From contig DAOUIZ010000034.1 of NCBI GenBank assembly GCA_034423195.1, positions 2,023 to 66,022 on the forward strand: a DNA stretch of 64,000 nt. The letters are read 5' to 3'. Position 1 is the first letter of the stretch; each line of letters opens with the position of its first letter. Below, in pieces: positions 63,102 through 64,000 of this stretch. The stretch is from Dehalococcoidia bacterium (GTDB lineage Bacteria > Chloroflexota > Dehalococcoidia > Lucifugimonadales > UBA3495). Below the pieces are notes generated by a model. The model was not told where the DNA came from. It saw only the letters and a program-made list of their open reading frames with translations, and did not search any database. The position numbers were made by a program, and so were the translations under genes.

Positions 63102-63899
63102 TTACTGGGTGAGGAGGTACTGGACGAGGGCTTCTACGTCGGCGTCGGAGAGGTTCGCGGCGGTGACCAGGGGGGCCATGACGCCGGGTGAGCAGGCGGT
63201 GCCAGCACCGGTCACGCAGCCCTCTTCGATGAAGGCGTCGGGTTCAAGGATGGACTCGCGGAGGTAGTCCTCGGCGGACATGCCGGACTTGCGGGTGGCG
63301 GCATCGGCGCCGATGCCGGTGAGGGCAGGTCCTAAGACGCCGATTTCGGAGACGCCGGCGATGATGTGGCAGGTGTAGCACTGACCGTTGCCGAGGAAGA
63401 TGGCCTCGCCATCGCCACCACCGGCGGCGGCCGGAGCGGCGGGTTCAGCAGAGGCGGAGGGCTCGGCCGGGGTCCCAGCAGGGTCCGGGGAAGCGGCCGG
63501 TGCGGGAGACGCCGGTTCGGGGGCGTGGCTAGCTTCGGGGTCGTAGGGGACGGCGTGGGCCTGGGCGTAATCCCGGGGGGTTGGCTGGAAGGAGCCGAAC
63601 AGTCCCAGGACGGCTGACACGACCAGGAGGGCGAGGAACAGTCCGGCGAGGAACACGGTGGTGAACATCCTGGGGTCGAACCGCAAGTGCATGTACCAGC
63701 CGATGACGATGGCGAACTTGAGGATGGACAGGATGAAGAGGGGCGCCACCACCAGCGAGGACCCCTGCAGGGACTCGGGGACGATGATGAAGAACTCGAC
63801 TGCCGTGATGACGAACAGGATGATGGCAATGAAGACGTACTGACGGAACGTGGGGTGGTGTCCCCCATCGTGATGCTCTTCGGAGTGGTGGGCGCTCAT
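63102..63899 (-). CDS. Prokaryotic cytochrome oxidase subunit IV-like membrane domain fused through a Pro/Ala linker to a class I cytochrome c domain
   Basis: His-rich N-terminus plus 3 TM helices (HPTFRQYVFIAIILFVITAVEFFII...). Linker APEPASPAPAASPDPAGTPAEPSASAEPAAPAAA. Heme motif CYTCH with a downstream Met region. AAGGAG RBS. Confidence 0.7.
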   Translation of the reverse strand: MSAHHSEEHHDGGHHPTFRQYVFIAIILFVITAVEFFIIVPESLQGSSLVVAPLFILSILKFAIVIGWYMHLRFDPRMFTTVFLAGLFLALLVVSAVLGLFGSFQPTPRDYAQAHAVPYDPEASHAPEPASPAPAASPDPAGTPAEPSASAEPAAPAAAGGGDGEAIFLGNGQCYTCHIIAGVSEIGVLGPALTGIGADAATRKSGMSAEDYLRESILEPDAFIEEGCVTGAGTACSPGVMAPLVTAANLSDADVEALVQYLLTQ

Positions 63900-63912
63900 T
63901 AAACCGTGCTCC

Positions 63913-64000
63913 TTAGGTGGGAAGGACCGTCAACGAGGACTGGAGTAAGGCGTGGGACTCGGCCGCCACGGGGCCGCTGTCGAATCCGCCAACCAGGTAC
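63913..64000 (-). CDS. 3' end of an unidentified gene running off the right edge (upstream neighbour of the CoxIV-like gene)
   Basis: Open frame ending in TAA at 63913-63915 (…HALLQSSLTVLPT*), 13 nt before the next ATG. Too short to identify. Confidence 0.3.
   Translation of the reverse strand, partial: YLVGGFDSGPVAAESHALLQSSLTVLPT

Overview
All calls come from reading the sequence and the ORF translations; no database search was run. The window is a densely packed stretch of a high-GC bacterial chromosome. Most hand-counted lines are about 60-70 % GC, with a few islands at 40-50 %. I support about 62 protein-coding genes, one frameshifted gene and 5 tRNAs (Met-CAU, Cys-GCA, Leu-GAG, Ser-GCU, Ala-CGC). 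I found no rRNA, CRISPR array, transposase or integrase.

Gene content, left to right:
- 1-2.5 kb: a replication module (dnaB 3' end, a DnaD-like gene, a tandem-duplicated DnaC/DnaI-like loader).
- 2.6-21 kb and 26-42 kb: many catabolic genes. These include four family III CoA-transferase genes (one a two-domain fusion), two luciferase-like oxidoreductases, a MaoC hot-dog pair, a thiolase-fold/DUF35 pair, an HpcH aldolase, a PEP-mutase-family enzyme, an amidohydrolase, an SDR, an AKR and an NHL propeller.
- 7.2-8.4 kb: a class II Fic protein.
- 21.7-26 kb: a 1424-aa secreted protein with DUF11-like repeats and 7 FN3 domains, with a compositionally mosaic gene.
- 42-45 kb: a PadR / phasin-like / phaC / phaE (class III PHA synthase) cluster.
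- 57.7-64 kb: recN and a CoxIV-cytochrome c fusion.

This repertoire resembles marine Chloroflexota-type genomes, but that is inference only.

The most unusual locus is at 45.3-57.1 kb, where two convergent operons each contain an ammonium transporter and a stand-alone STAS protein, and neither has glnK.
- Operon 1: amt, STAS, REC-PP2C phosphatase, RsbW-like kinase, LivK-like binding protein, HAMP histidine kinase. No sigma factor is present.
- Operon 2: a circularly permuted ATP-grasp gene, amt and an alpha-E gene, separated by 5-nt gaps. A second STAS gene lies 244 nt upstream.

Several intergenic regions carry structured repeats:
- a helically phased six-copy GRGACA array;
- phased CATTT tracts upstream of fic;
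- phased TTCAC repeats upstream of amt;
- a double-hairpin repeat bracketing one gene, with a compensatory stem change;
- recurrent perfect tandem duplications of 11-15 nt.
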